Positions 21,061 through 32,052 of a stretch of DNA of 36,200 nt are shown piece after piece. The notes under the pieces were generated by a model. That model was not told the DNA's origin. It worked only from the letters and a program-made list of their open reading frames with translations, and searched no databases. The position numbers and the translations under genes are program-made. Source of the DNA: Octopus sinensis (lineage: Eukaryota); assembly GCF_006345805.1 (NCBI RefSeq), contig NW_021837024.1:1-36200 (forward strand), written 5' to 3'. The first letter of the stretch is position 1. Every line of letters begins with the position of its first letter.

Positions 21061-21114
21061 TATGTATGTATATGTATATATCTGTGTGTGAGGCCATATA
21101 TGGTGCATATTTTT

Positions 21115-21263
21115 GATGCTACTTTAGCGTGCGGTCTACCTGGCCAGTTACACTTTTGTGTGCAATTGAACTCACGCCCTAACGCTAACCCTAATTTTAA
21201 AACACTAATCCGCATCCCAGATTAGGTCATTTCTCAGAGTTGATCGTTCGCTCCAGTAGCACC
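21115..21263. mobile_element. 149-bp TIR element with 9-bp TSD and telomere-like core
   Basis: TSD CATATTTTT 21106-21114 and 21264-21272; 24-bp TIR 17/24 match (GATGCTACT.. / ..AGTAGCACC); CCCTAA CGCTAA CCCTAA 21177-21194. Confidence 0.8.
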
Positions 21264-21361
21264 CATATTTTTCTCCTACACGCAATACACATCCATAATG
21301 GCGTTTTATTATACAAGCAAACGTGTGCGAGCGAGCGCGCACACAGAGTTTAATAATATCA

Positions 21362-21580
21362 GTTTCAAATTTTGGCACAAGGCCAGAAATTTCGGAGGCA
21401 GGTGTCTAGTTGATTAAATCGACTCCATTACTCAGCTGGTACTTATGTTATCGATCTCGTAAGGAAGAAAGACAAAGTCGACACTTCGGAGGAATTTGAA
21501 CTCAGAACGTAAAGACGGACGAAATACCCGCAAACAATTTATCCGGCATGCTAACTACTCTGCCGGCTCGTTTGCCTTGT
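21362..21580 (-). mobile_element. SINE B (tail-2 type)
   Basis: 'tttcaaattttggcacaaggccag...gaatttgaactcagaacgtaaagacggacgaaatacc...gccggctcg'. Confidence 0.82.
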
Positions 21581-22169
21581 AATAATTTCTATTAATGATA
21601 AACACCCTCTGTTTATTGACAGAAGTGTATCTGTCATAAAATGCAATATGTCACAAACCCGGACGTAAAGATGAACGGACATAACGCTCTTTATATCCGT
21701 GTTTCTTTAACAACCAAAACAAGCAACGAGAATCGAAGAATGAATGAATAAAAAAACTATTTTTTTTCTTTTTCTTATTTTACACATTTCAATATAAATA
21801 ATCATTAATATGACATGGCTTTAACACAATATCTTTAGTGAACGAATCCTCATTCAACAAGTTGTATATGATCGATGAAAAGCGTCTTTGTGTGTGTGTG
21901 TGTGTTTTATGTACACGCATTTGCAAGCAGTGTGTGTGTATGTGTGTGTGTGTGGATGTATATACGTCTGTGTGTGCGCACGTGCACGTGCTTTAGTCGG
22001 TGTTGGAAGTGGGGGGAAAGGACATAGAGGGAGACACTGTTCAGCTTATGGAGCAGTGTCGAGGATTAAAGCGCCCAAGGAACGACTTCTCCCGCCACTT
22101 CGTTCTCAACCTCACCGACTTCAAGAGTTCTGAAAAACCCATTCCCGCCAGTTTCTGGGAATGTGAAGG

Positions 22170-22233
<64 letters not shown>

Positions 22234-22720
22234 GCCTCTGTGTGTGTGTGTATGTATCTGTGCATCAGTTTTCATTATATGTGGACAAACTTCAAAACCT
22301 ATTTCTTTCTACCATTGCGCCATTGAAAACGAAACCAGCTCAGGGAATTAGAGACAGACAGAAAGAGACAGGGTAAAAGAGAGATAGACAGACAGACAGA
22401 CATAGCCAGAGAGAGAGAGAGACCGAGATAGAGGAGGAAGAGAGAAAGAGAAAGGTGGAGCGAGAAAAAGAAAGAATGAGATGCAGAAATCGTATCTTCA
22501 AAAACTAATTATTATGCGTTGGAATCATATTTAATTTAATTACAAATGATTTTTCAATTAGCGAGCGATGTGGTTAACAACTGACAATAACAGCTGTTGA
22601 CCATATTTTAGTCTTTGTGTTAGAGGAAGAGAGAGAGAGAGAGAGAGAGTAAGATGGAGAGAAAAAAAGAGGCAGAGACAGACAGTTGGAGATGAAAATT
22701 TGATGAAAAATCCTCAAGGT

Positions 22721-23095
22721 CAGTGGTTTCCGAAGTGGGCGCCACAGCCCCCTCCGGGAGCGGTGGATAGACCCAGGGGGGCACTGAAGAAAAGTAGGGG
22801 TAGCCAAAAGGGACGGTGGATCTATAAATATCTAAATAATGCTTTCATTAAATTAGGTTTTTGTTTTGTGTGTGTGTGTGTTCTTTCTTTCTTTTCTTTT
22901 ATTTGTTTCAGTCATTTGACTGCGGCCATGCTGGAGCACCGCCTTTAGTCAAGCAAATCGACCCCAGTACTTATTCTATCGGTTCTCTTTTGCCGAACCG
23001 CTAAGTTACGGGGACGTAAACACACGAGCATCGGTTGTCAAGCGATGTTGGGGGGACAAACACAGACACACAAACATATATACACACATACATAT

Positions 23096-23141
<46 letters not shown>

Positions 23142-23496
23142 ATATATATATAATATACGACGGGCTTATTTCAGTTTCCGTCTACCAAATTCACTCACAA
23201 GGCTTTGGTCGGCGCGAGGTTATAGTAGAAGACACTTGCCCAAGGTGCCACACAGTGGGACTGAACCCGGAACCATGTGGTTGGTAAGCAAGCTACTTGC
23301 CACACAGCCTTTTGTTTTTATTAATGTTTTTATTATTTCACTGTTATAAGCTTATACAATCCATTTTTAGAGTAATATTTATAAATTACCATCCATCATA
23401 AACTAGTCTAGTCGTGATATCTCACTCACAACTTAGGTGGGTGTTAGGCATAACAACTACTTAAAAGTGGGACATAAAGAAGGTTAAAAACCACTG
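22721..23496. mobile_element. hAT-type MITE interrupted by a SINE A
   Basis: Ends CAGTGGTTT.. / ..AAACCACTG; flanks CTCAAGGT (22713-20) and CTATAGGT (23497-504), 6/8 identical. Confidence 0.65.
22885..23308 (-). mobile_element. SINE A, near full length
   Basis: Complete tail to head 'gggactgaacccggaaccatgtggttggtaagcaagctacttgccacacagcc'. Confidence 0.92.
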
Positions 23497-23898
23497 CTAT
23501 AGGTGAATATTTACCTGGTTTGTGCACCGCGTGGGTTGAATGCAGAAGGGGGCGGTAAATATGGTGAAATGGTGCCTTTTTTCTGCCGTATAAGGGTGAT
23601 ACAAACTAACTGAGCTCATGCAACTTAGGAAATCCTTTTACTGCTATCTTGTTCTGCTTGTTTTGTTATAATTCTTGGCTGCTTTGTAAAAACATTAAAC
23701 AGCCGCCAGTTCCTAACTTGTTCTTTGTTTTATCGTTTTTGGAAGAAGGAAAAGGGAAGTTAATCTCAGTCTTTGTCTTTTGCTATAATTGTATTCACAT
23801 CTAGAATCCTTCAACACACGGCCTTGTCCGAATTCTTTTATCGTAATTTTCTTCACTTTCAGAATCCTTCATAGGAATATTAGCAACAATACAAGACC

Positions 23899-24115
23899 TT
23901 GGACTAAATATTGTTTGCTAGCATAACATGGTAGTCCCAGTTTAGGACGAATGTTGCTGTAATTTAGCCCCAGGAGACATCGTCTCCAGCTGGCTATACG
24001 ACACGATCTGAGCCGTATAGCCAGCTGGAGACGATGTCACCTGGAGCTAAATTACAGTAACATTCGTCCTAAACCGGGACTGCCATGTTATGTTGGCAAA
24101 CAATCTTTAGTCCAA
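23899..24115. repeat. Fold-back inverted repeat, 102-bp arms, 8 mismatches, 13-nt loop
   Basis: 23899-24000 vs 24014-24115; innermost 25 bp are perfect. Confidence 0.95.
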
Positions 24116-24139
24116 AATACTGTTGGTGAATATCTCTCG

Positions 24140-24368
24140 TTGTGAGATATATGTGTCTTTGTGTTTGTGTTTGATCGCCACCACCGCTTGACTAGGGTTG
24201 GCTTGTTTACGTCCCCGTAACTTAGCGGTTCGCCACAGTGAATGATAGAATAAGTATCATGCTTTAAAATGTGGGCTGGGGTTGATTTATTCGGTTTAAC
24301 CTTTCAAGGTGGTGCCCCAACATGGCCGCAGCCCAATGTCTGAAACAAGTAAAAGATTAAAGATTAAA
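24140..24368 (+). mobile_element. SINE A 3' half
   Basis: 'gtgtctttgtgtttg...acgtccccgtaacttagcggttcg...catggccgcag...gaaacaagtaaaagattaaagattaaaa'. Confidence 0.8.
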
Positions 24369-24469
24369 AAGTAAGCTAAAGGCCCATTCGTTGGAAAGAT
24401 GAATTGCTTTCAAGATTTCTGCTACCTTGGAGCCAAATTGTGGCCTGCAATTCGGAGCATACATGAACT

Positions 24470-24825
24470 GGTTTCAAATTTTGGTACAAGGCCAGTAGTT
24501 TCAAGGGAAGGGGTTAGTTGATTACATCGACCCTAGTACTTGGCTGGTACTTTATTTTATCGCCCCCGTAAGGATGTAAAGGCAAAGTCGACTTCGGCGG
24601 TTTGAACACAGAACGTAAAGGGCCGCAAGAAATACCGCAGAGCATTTTGGCCAGAATGCTAAGGATTCCGCCAGCTCGCTACCTCAGTCACCTTTGTATG
24701 TTAAAGGTAAATGAAGGCGACGAACTGGCAGAATCGTTGTTATACCGGACAAAATGTTTAACCACATTTCTTACGGTTTTAAGTTCTGAGTACAAATTAC
24801 TCGGCGGTCGACTTCGCTTTTCATC
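24470..24825. mobile_element. Two divergent SINE B copies (- 24470-24685; + 24712-24825)
   Basis: 'aaggcaaagtcgacttcggcgg...ccgccagctcgc' and 'aaggcgacgaactggcagaatcgttg'. Confidence 0.75.
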
Positions 24826-25114
24826 AGTTTTTCTTTGTTAAAAGAACGAGTTTTTTGAAAATCAAAATGAAATTCCCTTGATATTGTTTCGTTACCACTA
24901 TGAGCATCGACTGAAAATCTCTGTGGGAAATCTTAATGAAATACTTCTATTATTATTTCATTCAGGTGTAGAATATTTTATAGAAATGTATCGTTAGTAG
25001 CTTAATATAATAAATATTAAATCTACTCCAGGACTCCACTGGTTCTACATTGCACCAACTCTGCAAGAATAAAAAGCAAAGATAAGCTCAGCAGGGCTTA
25101 AAAGTAATTGCATT

Positions 25115-25330
25115 TGTTGTTGCTAAGCTGCAGGTAAGCTATAACCGAGCAGACTTGTGATCAAAAACGTTCCAATCGTGACCATCTAGTTTTTTGGGGG
25201 GTTTTTTAGTTGTTATTTTTTAAATTTGTATTTAGAAGTCCATTATTGAATCCCTTCTCCTCTCTTAAGATGATATAGGGTACGATTTGTACGTATAGTA
25301 AAGAGCTTGTTGCATAGTGCTCGCGTGCTC
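25115..25330 (-). mobile_element. Family D repeat, degenerate
   Basis: 'ttgttgttgc...tgatcaaaaacgttccaatcgtgaccatc'. Confidence 0.55.
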
Positions 25331-25581
25331 TACAACTCGTCGGAAAAGAGATAAAAGACGGGGATAGAAAGCAGCAATAATTAGAGTTAATGAAAGACAG
25401 CAATGAAGCCTAGAGTACATGCACACTGCACAGAATAAAACTCAAAAATAGAAAAAGTGAACAGGAAAAGAAACAAGGATGCATAGACACATTAAGAGTT
25501 GAGTGGTGAATTTCGAGAAGCATTCAAGATTTGAAAGCCTCGGTGTCTTGACAGGTAACAACTGACGCAGTTTATCTAGAA

Positions 25582-25929
25582 CAGAGGTTCTCAACCGAAG
25601 TTTATGTGACCCCTGAGGGTCCATATAAGATTTTTGCGGGGTCCATGCAACAAAGTAGTAAATTGGGGATCCACAATAGTATCTGAAGGGCCTTGAAATC
25701 AATTTTGCTTTAGATGTATGTATTGGTATGTATTTCAAGAAACAACTAAGTTCTTTCTTTAACATTTTACATGGTTCAACCTACACAAGTTAATGTGTGA
25801 AAAACAAAATGGCAATTTTGGAAGAAGTTTCTATAAAACTAGCTTTCAAACATCAAATGGCTATGGAGGTCCACCAGAATAAATCAGTAATCGAAGGGGT
25901 CCATAGATAAAAATGATTGAGAATCCCTA
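25582..25929. mobile_element. hAT (Charlie/Buster-type) MITE with perfect 8-bp TSD
   Basis: TIR CAGAGGTTCTCAACC / GATTGAGAATCCCTA (11/15); TSD ATCTAGAA 25574-81 and 25930-37 fits the NTCTAGAN preference of Charlie-group hATs. Confidence 0.88.
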
Positions 25930-26399
25930 ATCTAGAACAAACATGGCAACCTTTTTTGAGAAGCGGACCCTATAAGGAATTGCTTATCATCAGATTTGCC
26001 GCACAACTAAAGAAAAACATGAAGGTAATTTCTCGTTAGGCATGCCACTCAGAAACCCGCGCAGGCCGCAGATTGCCAATGAATGATCAAGAACATTGTT
26101 ATTTTTGGTACCCTTCCTGTTGGAACTTCGTTTTAGATGTCCCATATCTCAAGGGAAGGATAAAAGTAACGGAAGTGAAGCGAAAAACCCTAAACATTTT
26201 TAATTTTAGGGTAAAAAATCGTAATTTCCGTTGTTTGAAAACAAGTAATATGGTCCTTTATTAAAGAAAGGAATGTGGTTGATGGCTTGGCCCAGCAACT
26301 GTCCTAGGCTGGGAACATAAACATGTGCAGTGCATCCATCCTGACCAGTGCCCTGTCCTGAAGCAAATAAAGCATTTTCAGAAAGCAAAAATTAACGAA

Positions 26400-26762
26400 C
26401 TTGCTACTCCTTCGGGTTGAGGGGGTAAAGATCCCTTCGATCCCGAATGACCATGGGATGGCACCAAGAAAGTTATCCTGCGAGGCACAAGTCCGGGCAA
26501 GGTTGTTTATGGAAGACCAGCAGTCGCTCATGCATACTGGCCTCCACTCTCCACACCACTGATGTTATCTAATGGAAAGGCAAAGGGGCCGATACAGCTT
26601 GGCACCAGCGACGTCGCAACTCATTTCTACAGAAGAGTGGACTGGAGCAACGTGAAATAAAGTGTGTTGCTCAAGAATACAACGTACAGCCCACTCTGAG
26701 AATCGAACTCACTATTTCATGATTGTGAGCCCATTGCTCTAACCATTAATCCATGCGCCTTC
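26400..26762 (-). mobile_element. SINE family E (tRNA-derived)
   Basis: Reverse complement: AAGGCGCATGGATTAATGGTTAGAGC (A-box-like), GAGTTCGATTCTC (B-box), then 'ttcttgagcaacacactttatttcacgttgctccagtccac'. Confidence 0.75.
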
Positions 26763-26994
26763 TTTCATCTGAGTACATAATGGTACTTCAAAAATATCTA
26801 TTTATGAAGATGGGAACCCCAATAAATGGTGGTAATTTTGATAATCATCTAACTATGAGAACAACAGACAGGCCGCTTAAGCAAAAATCCGTTCCAAAAC
26901 GGAAGAATAGGGGGAGAAAAACTACCCTTTTTCCTTTTTTATGAGGTATTAGACGTCTAGTCCGAAACTTCGCCTCATTTCCCATTTCTTCTAC

Positions 26995-27070
26995 GGCCTG
27001 TAGAGTGTAATTTGAAGTTGTTTCACTGCTACTTCTAGCAGTCGAGCGACCACGTCGAGGCTACCTTATT
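26995..27070 (-). mobile_element. Family D head fragment
   Basis: Reverse complement 'gcctcgacgtggtcgctcgactgctagaagtagcagtgaaa'. Confidence 0.65.
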
Positions 27071-27272
27071 GTATTTATTCAAATTTCTATGATCTTGGAT
27101 ATAGAATACTTCTTGAAAAATTACGAAATGTAACGTGTCAATGTTCTGTGTGTGTGTACGTGTGAGTGTGCGCGTGCGCGCTCGTGTGATGCACGTGCGA
27201 GCGTGTGTGCTGTGCGTTGTGTATGATATAAGATATGCGTATTAGAATCCGTGTATATGTGTCTCTAAATGT

Positions 27273-27306
<34 letters not shown>

Positions 27307-27524
27307 CTGCTTTCGATGGTAGCGGGAGGTCCGAGGAAGGTAGGGGATTCTGAACATTCTGAAGACAATTCCCAGTTCCCATAACAGATATCAGTCACTT
27401 CCTATCCGGTCTGAAAGCGAAGTAAAGTAGGTACCACTCTCCTATTATGCACACAACACGCACAGACGTGTGTATATATATATATATATATGTATGTATA
27501 TATATATATTTTCTTTTATGTATA

Positions 27525-27556
<32 letters not shown>

Positions 27557-27775
27557 CTTTTATTGTTTTATTTGTTTCAATCATTTGACTGCGGCCATGC
27601 TGGAGCACCGCATTTAGTCGTACAAAACGACCCCAGGACTTATTCTTTGTAAGCCTAGTAACTTATTCTATCAGTCTCTTTTGCCGAACCGCTAAGTTAC
27701 GGGGGACGTAGACCCGCCACCATCGTTGTTAAGCGATGGTGGTGGGGGAGGGGACAAACATACAACACACATGCA
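27557..27775 (-). mobile_element. SINE A 3' half
   Basis: 'tttgtttcaatcatttgactgcggccatgctggagcacc...gccgaaccgctaagttacggg'. Confidence 0.85.
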
Positions 27776-27780
27776 TACAT

Positions 27781-27833
<53 letters not shown>

Positions 27834-27856
27834 TGTATGTATGTATGTATGTATGT

Positions 27857-27904
<48 letters not shown>

Positions 27905-28043
27905 ATATATATATATAAATTAAATAATAAGGGTGAAAAATTTAATATTAATTTGATTAATATCAATTTAAAACCAGTGGCCTAGTATATGAAAAATCTG
28001 AAGATTCAGAAAAATTATATTACATACTTCTTATATGTATGTA

Positions 28044-28074
<31 letters not shown>

Positions 28075-28257
28075 TGCAGCGTGGAAGGTGTTTGTAAGCT
28101 ATTTAAGAAACACGCAAAAGCCGTTCAATTCACTTCAACATTTAAGTCTTATTTGTCAAAATATTTTCATCGCTAAAATCCGCGACCTGTTCACTGACAA
28201 AAATCCGTGCTGCATCTCAGATCAAATCACTTGCTATGCGAGTACACCTCCGTATAT

Positions 28258-28373
28258 ATATACGACGGGCTTCTTTCAGTTTCCGTCCAAATCTACTCAC
28301 AAGGCTTTGGTCGGCCCGAGGGCACTTGCCCAAGGTGCCACGCGGTGGGACTGAACTCGGAACCACGCGGCTG
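28258..28373 (-). mobile_element. SINE A head half
   Basis: 'tacgacgggcttctttcagtttccgtc...gcacttgcccaaggtgccacgcggtgggactgaactcggaacc'. Confidence 0.85.
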
Positions 28374-28376
28374 CTA

Positions 28377-28415
<39 letters not shown>

Positions 28416-28973
28416 GTAGTGGCTGTATGATGTATATGTATGAATGTATGTGTGCATGCATGCATGCATGTATGTATGTATGTATGTACGTATGTATGTA
28501 TGTATGTATGTATGTATACCTGTCCACTCGAGTCCGAAGTCTACCATATTTGACTATAAAGAGAATTGCGCTTTCGACAATGGTTCTTAAAAACCTGCCA
28601 TACTCTTTAATGTCTTTTGCCTGATCCTACGAAGTACAATTACATACATACATTACATTACATATATATATACAGTATAGTACATATATCATTCTTTTAC
28701 ATGAAAAGTGTTGATAGTGACTTCGAAATTTCGGACGATGAAAGTTAAGACGGCCGAACCTTCGAAGTCACTGTAGAAGAAGAATAAGCATGTACACTGC
28801 GAAAAGTATTGAATAATCCTTCAATTAAATGTGAAATTGTTTTTGTATACAGTTTGTGATTCACAAAAACGTCTAAACTGATCGTCTAAACTGATCTCCG
28901 AGTAACAATCACAAACTGGCTGATTGCCAATATGAAAATATAAACTCTAACAACGTATCGAGAACCTCTTTTC

Positions 28974-29531
28974 GGAAAGACTTCCGCAAGCCCACCATCA
29001 CCACCACCACCACCATTTTCTCCCAAATTTGTTTATTTTTGTAAATTTTTTTTTTTTTTTTTTTTGCCAAAAAGCCCCGTTTTCAGATACGGAGGTTCCG
29101 GAAAATTGCCAAAAATCGGCATTGTGAAATTTTTCCCCCAACTTCAATTTTGACTTTTTTCCCCAACACTAAACCTAAAACCCTAACCCTAAAACCCAAA
29201 ACGTAACTACAGAAATGTTTTGAAATTTTTGTCCGAATCATGATTTAGAATAAAAAATTCTTAAAAAATAATTTCACAAAGACTTTTGGAATTTTTTTTT
29301 TTTTTTTCAGAATCATAATCTCCGTATTTTACCGCATATTTTGAAAAAAAAAATTGTAAAAAAAGTTTAAAATGAATAAAATGGTGTTGGCGGGATGGTA
29401 ATTTAGAAATGTCGATTTTTGCCAATTTGTTTGCAGATTCGCATTCCCCGTAGCCGAAAAGTGGGATTTGTGTCGAAAAAAAAATTTTTTAAGGGTGGTT
29501 CTTTTGGGTGGGGACGGGCGGAAGTCTTGCC
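28974..29531. mobile_element. ~560-bp element with long imperfect TIRs, GG termini and telomere-like core
   Basis: Terminal GG(A/C)AAGACTTCCGC (28974-87 / 29518-31); subterminal AAATTG(C/G)CAAAAATCG(G/A)CATT (~29104-24 / ~29408-28); CCCTAACCCTAA 29181-92; no TSD found. Confidence 0.65.
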
Positions 29532-29534
29532 CTT

Positions 29535-30335
29535 GACAACATTTCTTCTGGCTCTTTACGTTTTGAGTTCAAATACCGCCGAGGTCGATTTTTTAACCTT
29601 TCATTTAACCAGTCAAGTACTTGGGTCTGTATAATAGACTTTCTCCTTCTCCAAATTGCTGTTATATCTTAATCAGAAACATTTATCTCTGTATTAATGC
29701 CTTTATTGTTGATGTCAGACTTTTAGCTCAAAGTATCATCCAACTCCTACTGCTCCTTGTTATGTTGTATAATATTACTGTTGTTTATTATAAGTTATAT
29801 CGTGAAAGTGGCGAGCTAGCAGAATCGTTAGAGCAACAGACATAATGAAAATCAAATTGCTTACGCTACTTTGTTACCAGCTCTACGTTCTCAGTTCAAA
29901 TCCTATCGAGATTGACTTAGTCTTTTATCCTTTCGAGGTCGGTAACACAAATCCTGATCAAGCAGTGGGGTCGATATAATCGTCTGTTCTCTCCAACGCC
30001 GTCAATACGATGGGTTTTTACGTTTTACTCAAGGGTGCCAGTCAGGTTGATGACGGGGTCTTTGAGCAAAAGGCGTAAAGATTTCTGTCCTTGTGCCTAT
30101 GTAATCAATTATTATAATTTTTGTCTCGTGCTGGCAGAATCGTTGCAGCATCAGACAAAATGCATTGCGGTATTTCTTCCGGTTCTTTACATTCTGAGTT
30201 CAAATACCGCTGAGGTCAACTTTGCCTTTCGTCTTTTCAGAATCAGTAAAATAAGTACCAGTGTAGCACTTGGGTCGATGTAATCGACTTACCCCTCCCC
30301 TCAAAATTGTTGGCCTTGTACTTACATTAGAAAGA
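29535..30335 (+). mobile_element. Three degenerate SINE B copies (~29535-29680, ~29805-29990, ~30125-30335)
   Basis: Repeated 'ttacgtt.tgagttcaaataccgc.gaggtc' and 'gcgagctagcagaatcgttag'. Confidence 0.75.
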
Positions 30336-30419
30336 ATTATTATTACTATTACCCTTACTTTTTATTCCGTGTAAATTCCTCAGTTTTGGGGGCGGAGTTT
30401 TTTGTATTTTCTTTCAAAT

Positions 30420-30600
30420 ATTATTGTTTAGTCGCAGACCAATGATGAAAGACATTCTAGCCGTGACCGTACCTACTTTTATCCCTTTATTCAGACATAG
30501 CATCTGAAGGACTTCAATATCCAATGAATTCTGAAAACAGTGCAGTATGGTTTGAGTAAGTTTTGGCTGTCATTTCTAAGGGTCGACCGAGCGTATAATA
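30420..30600 (-). mobile_element. Family D repeat
   Basis: 'gaaagacattctagccgtgaccg...ttttggctgtcatttctaagggtcgacc'. Confidence 0.6.
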
Positions 30601-31334
30601 AAGGTTTTGTCGCTTATTAGTTTAATTAATTAAAATTTCTTAATTCACTTCATTTCATATAATGGCCCCGACTTTACTATTTTGTTTTCATGCAAAGGAC
30701 GCCCCTGAGTATCCCAGCTTGTCTTTGTGCTAGATAAACTTCGCTTAGCACCCTTCCACTTCCTCAAGACAAAATACCCAGCAAGATCACGTTACGTTTC
30801 TTTAATCCAGATGCCTTTCGGCTGATGGGCTTGATGAAGAGTGGGATGTAGAAACGCCTGTTGTTGAAGACCCCTTCATTTTCTTTTGCAACTTTTGCTA
30901 AGCTGACACTCTTGAGAAAAGCGTAAATGTAAAAGTCTCATCGCATTCCAGACATTAACGGGTAGCTCTCTGAATAACCTACAAACCTGAGAGGACAAAG
31001 AAAACGGTTTTCTTTCAACCTGGAGCCTTCAAGCTAACTAGCTACATATCTTTATCTTTCTATTTCTATCTTTCCCCTCTCTCTCTCTCCCTCTCTTTAT
31101 ACACACACACACATCAACGGTTTAACGTCCATTTTTCTATGCCTGCATGGGTTAGACGTAATTCGTTGAGGGGGGAAGGTTTTGCTACGACGAGATACCC
31201 TTCCTGTCGCCAACATTTACTTGTTTCCAAGCAAGGTAATGCTTCCATGGAAGACTGGAAACGAGGGACTAATATGATTGTGCCATTCATTTATTACTGT
31301 CACGTAATATCTAAACAAACACACACACACAAAC

Positions 31335-31470
31335 GACAGGCTTCTTTTAGTTTCTGTCTATCATATCCTCACTCATAAGGTTTGACCAAGTCGGGGCCAA
31401 TGTGCCTTGCAGTGGGTCCGAACCTCAACTCACGAAATTGGACTGCAGACTTCTTAACCACAAATCCAAA
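31335..31470 (-). mobile_element. Degenerate SINE A head
   Basis: 'cgacaggcttcttttagtttctgtcta...gcagtgggtccgaacc...cttcttaaccaca'. Confidence 0.6.
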
Positions 31471-31509
31471 CCTTCTCCTAAAAGTAGGTGTGAGTTGTGT
31501 GTCTGTGTC

Positions 31510-31578
<69 letters not shown>

Positions 31579-31664
31579 TCTGCACGTGTAGTTGTGTATG
31601 AACACGTCCGTCTGTGAGATTTTCTAACCAGCAACCTGATTCTGACCATGTGTAGAGAGAGGTC

Positions 31665-32052
31665 TCTTTTACTCTTTTACTTGTTTCAGTCATTTGACTG
31701 TGGCCATGCTGGAGCACCGCCTTTAATCGAGCAAATCGACCCCAAGACTTATTCTTTGTAAGCTTAGTACTTATTCTATCGGACACTTTTGCCGTACCGC
31801 TAAGTTACGGGGACGTAAACACACCAGCATCGGTTGTCAAGTGATGTTGGGGGGGGGGGGGGCAAACGCAAACACACACACACATATATGCCTATAAATA
31901 TATACGACAGGCTTCTTTCCGTCTACCAAATCCACTCACAAGGCTTTGGTCGCCCCGAGGCTATAGTAGAAGACACTTGCCCAAGGTGCCACGCAGTGGG
32001 ACTGAACCCGGAACTATGTCGTTGGTAAGCAAGCTACTTACCACACAGCCAC
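31665..32052 (-). mobile_element. SINE A, near full length
   Basis: Tail repeat 'cttttactcttttact' to head 'gctacttaccacacagccact'. Confidence 0.92.

Noticed and set aside
26938-26985. Hammerhead-like TATGAGG...CCGAAACTTC
   Set aside because: CUGA core absent and no stem I; too degenerate to support.
28871-28897. 13-bp tandem repeat CGTCTAAACTGAT x2
   Set aside because: Ordinary slippage duplication with no associated structure.
30822-30862. Hammerhead-like TTGATGAAG...GAAACGCC
   Set aside because: C3 missing, no stem II pairing, no NUH with stem I.
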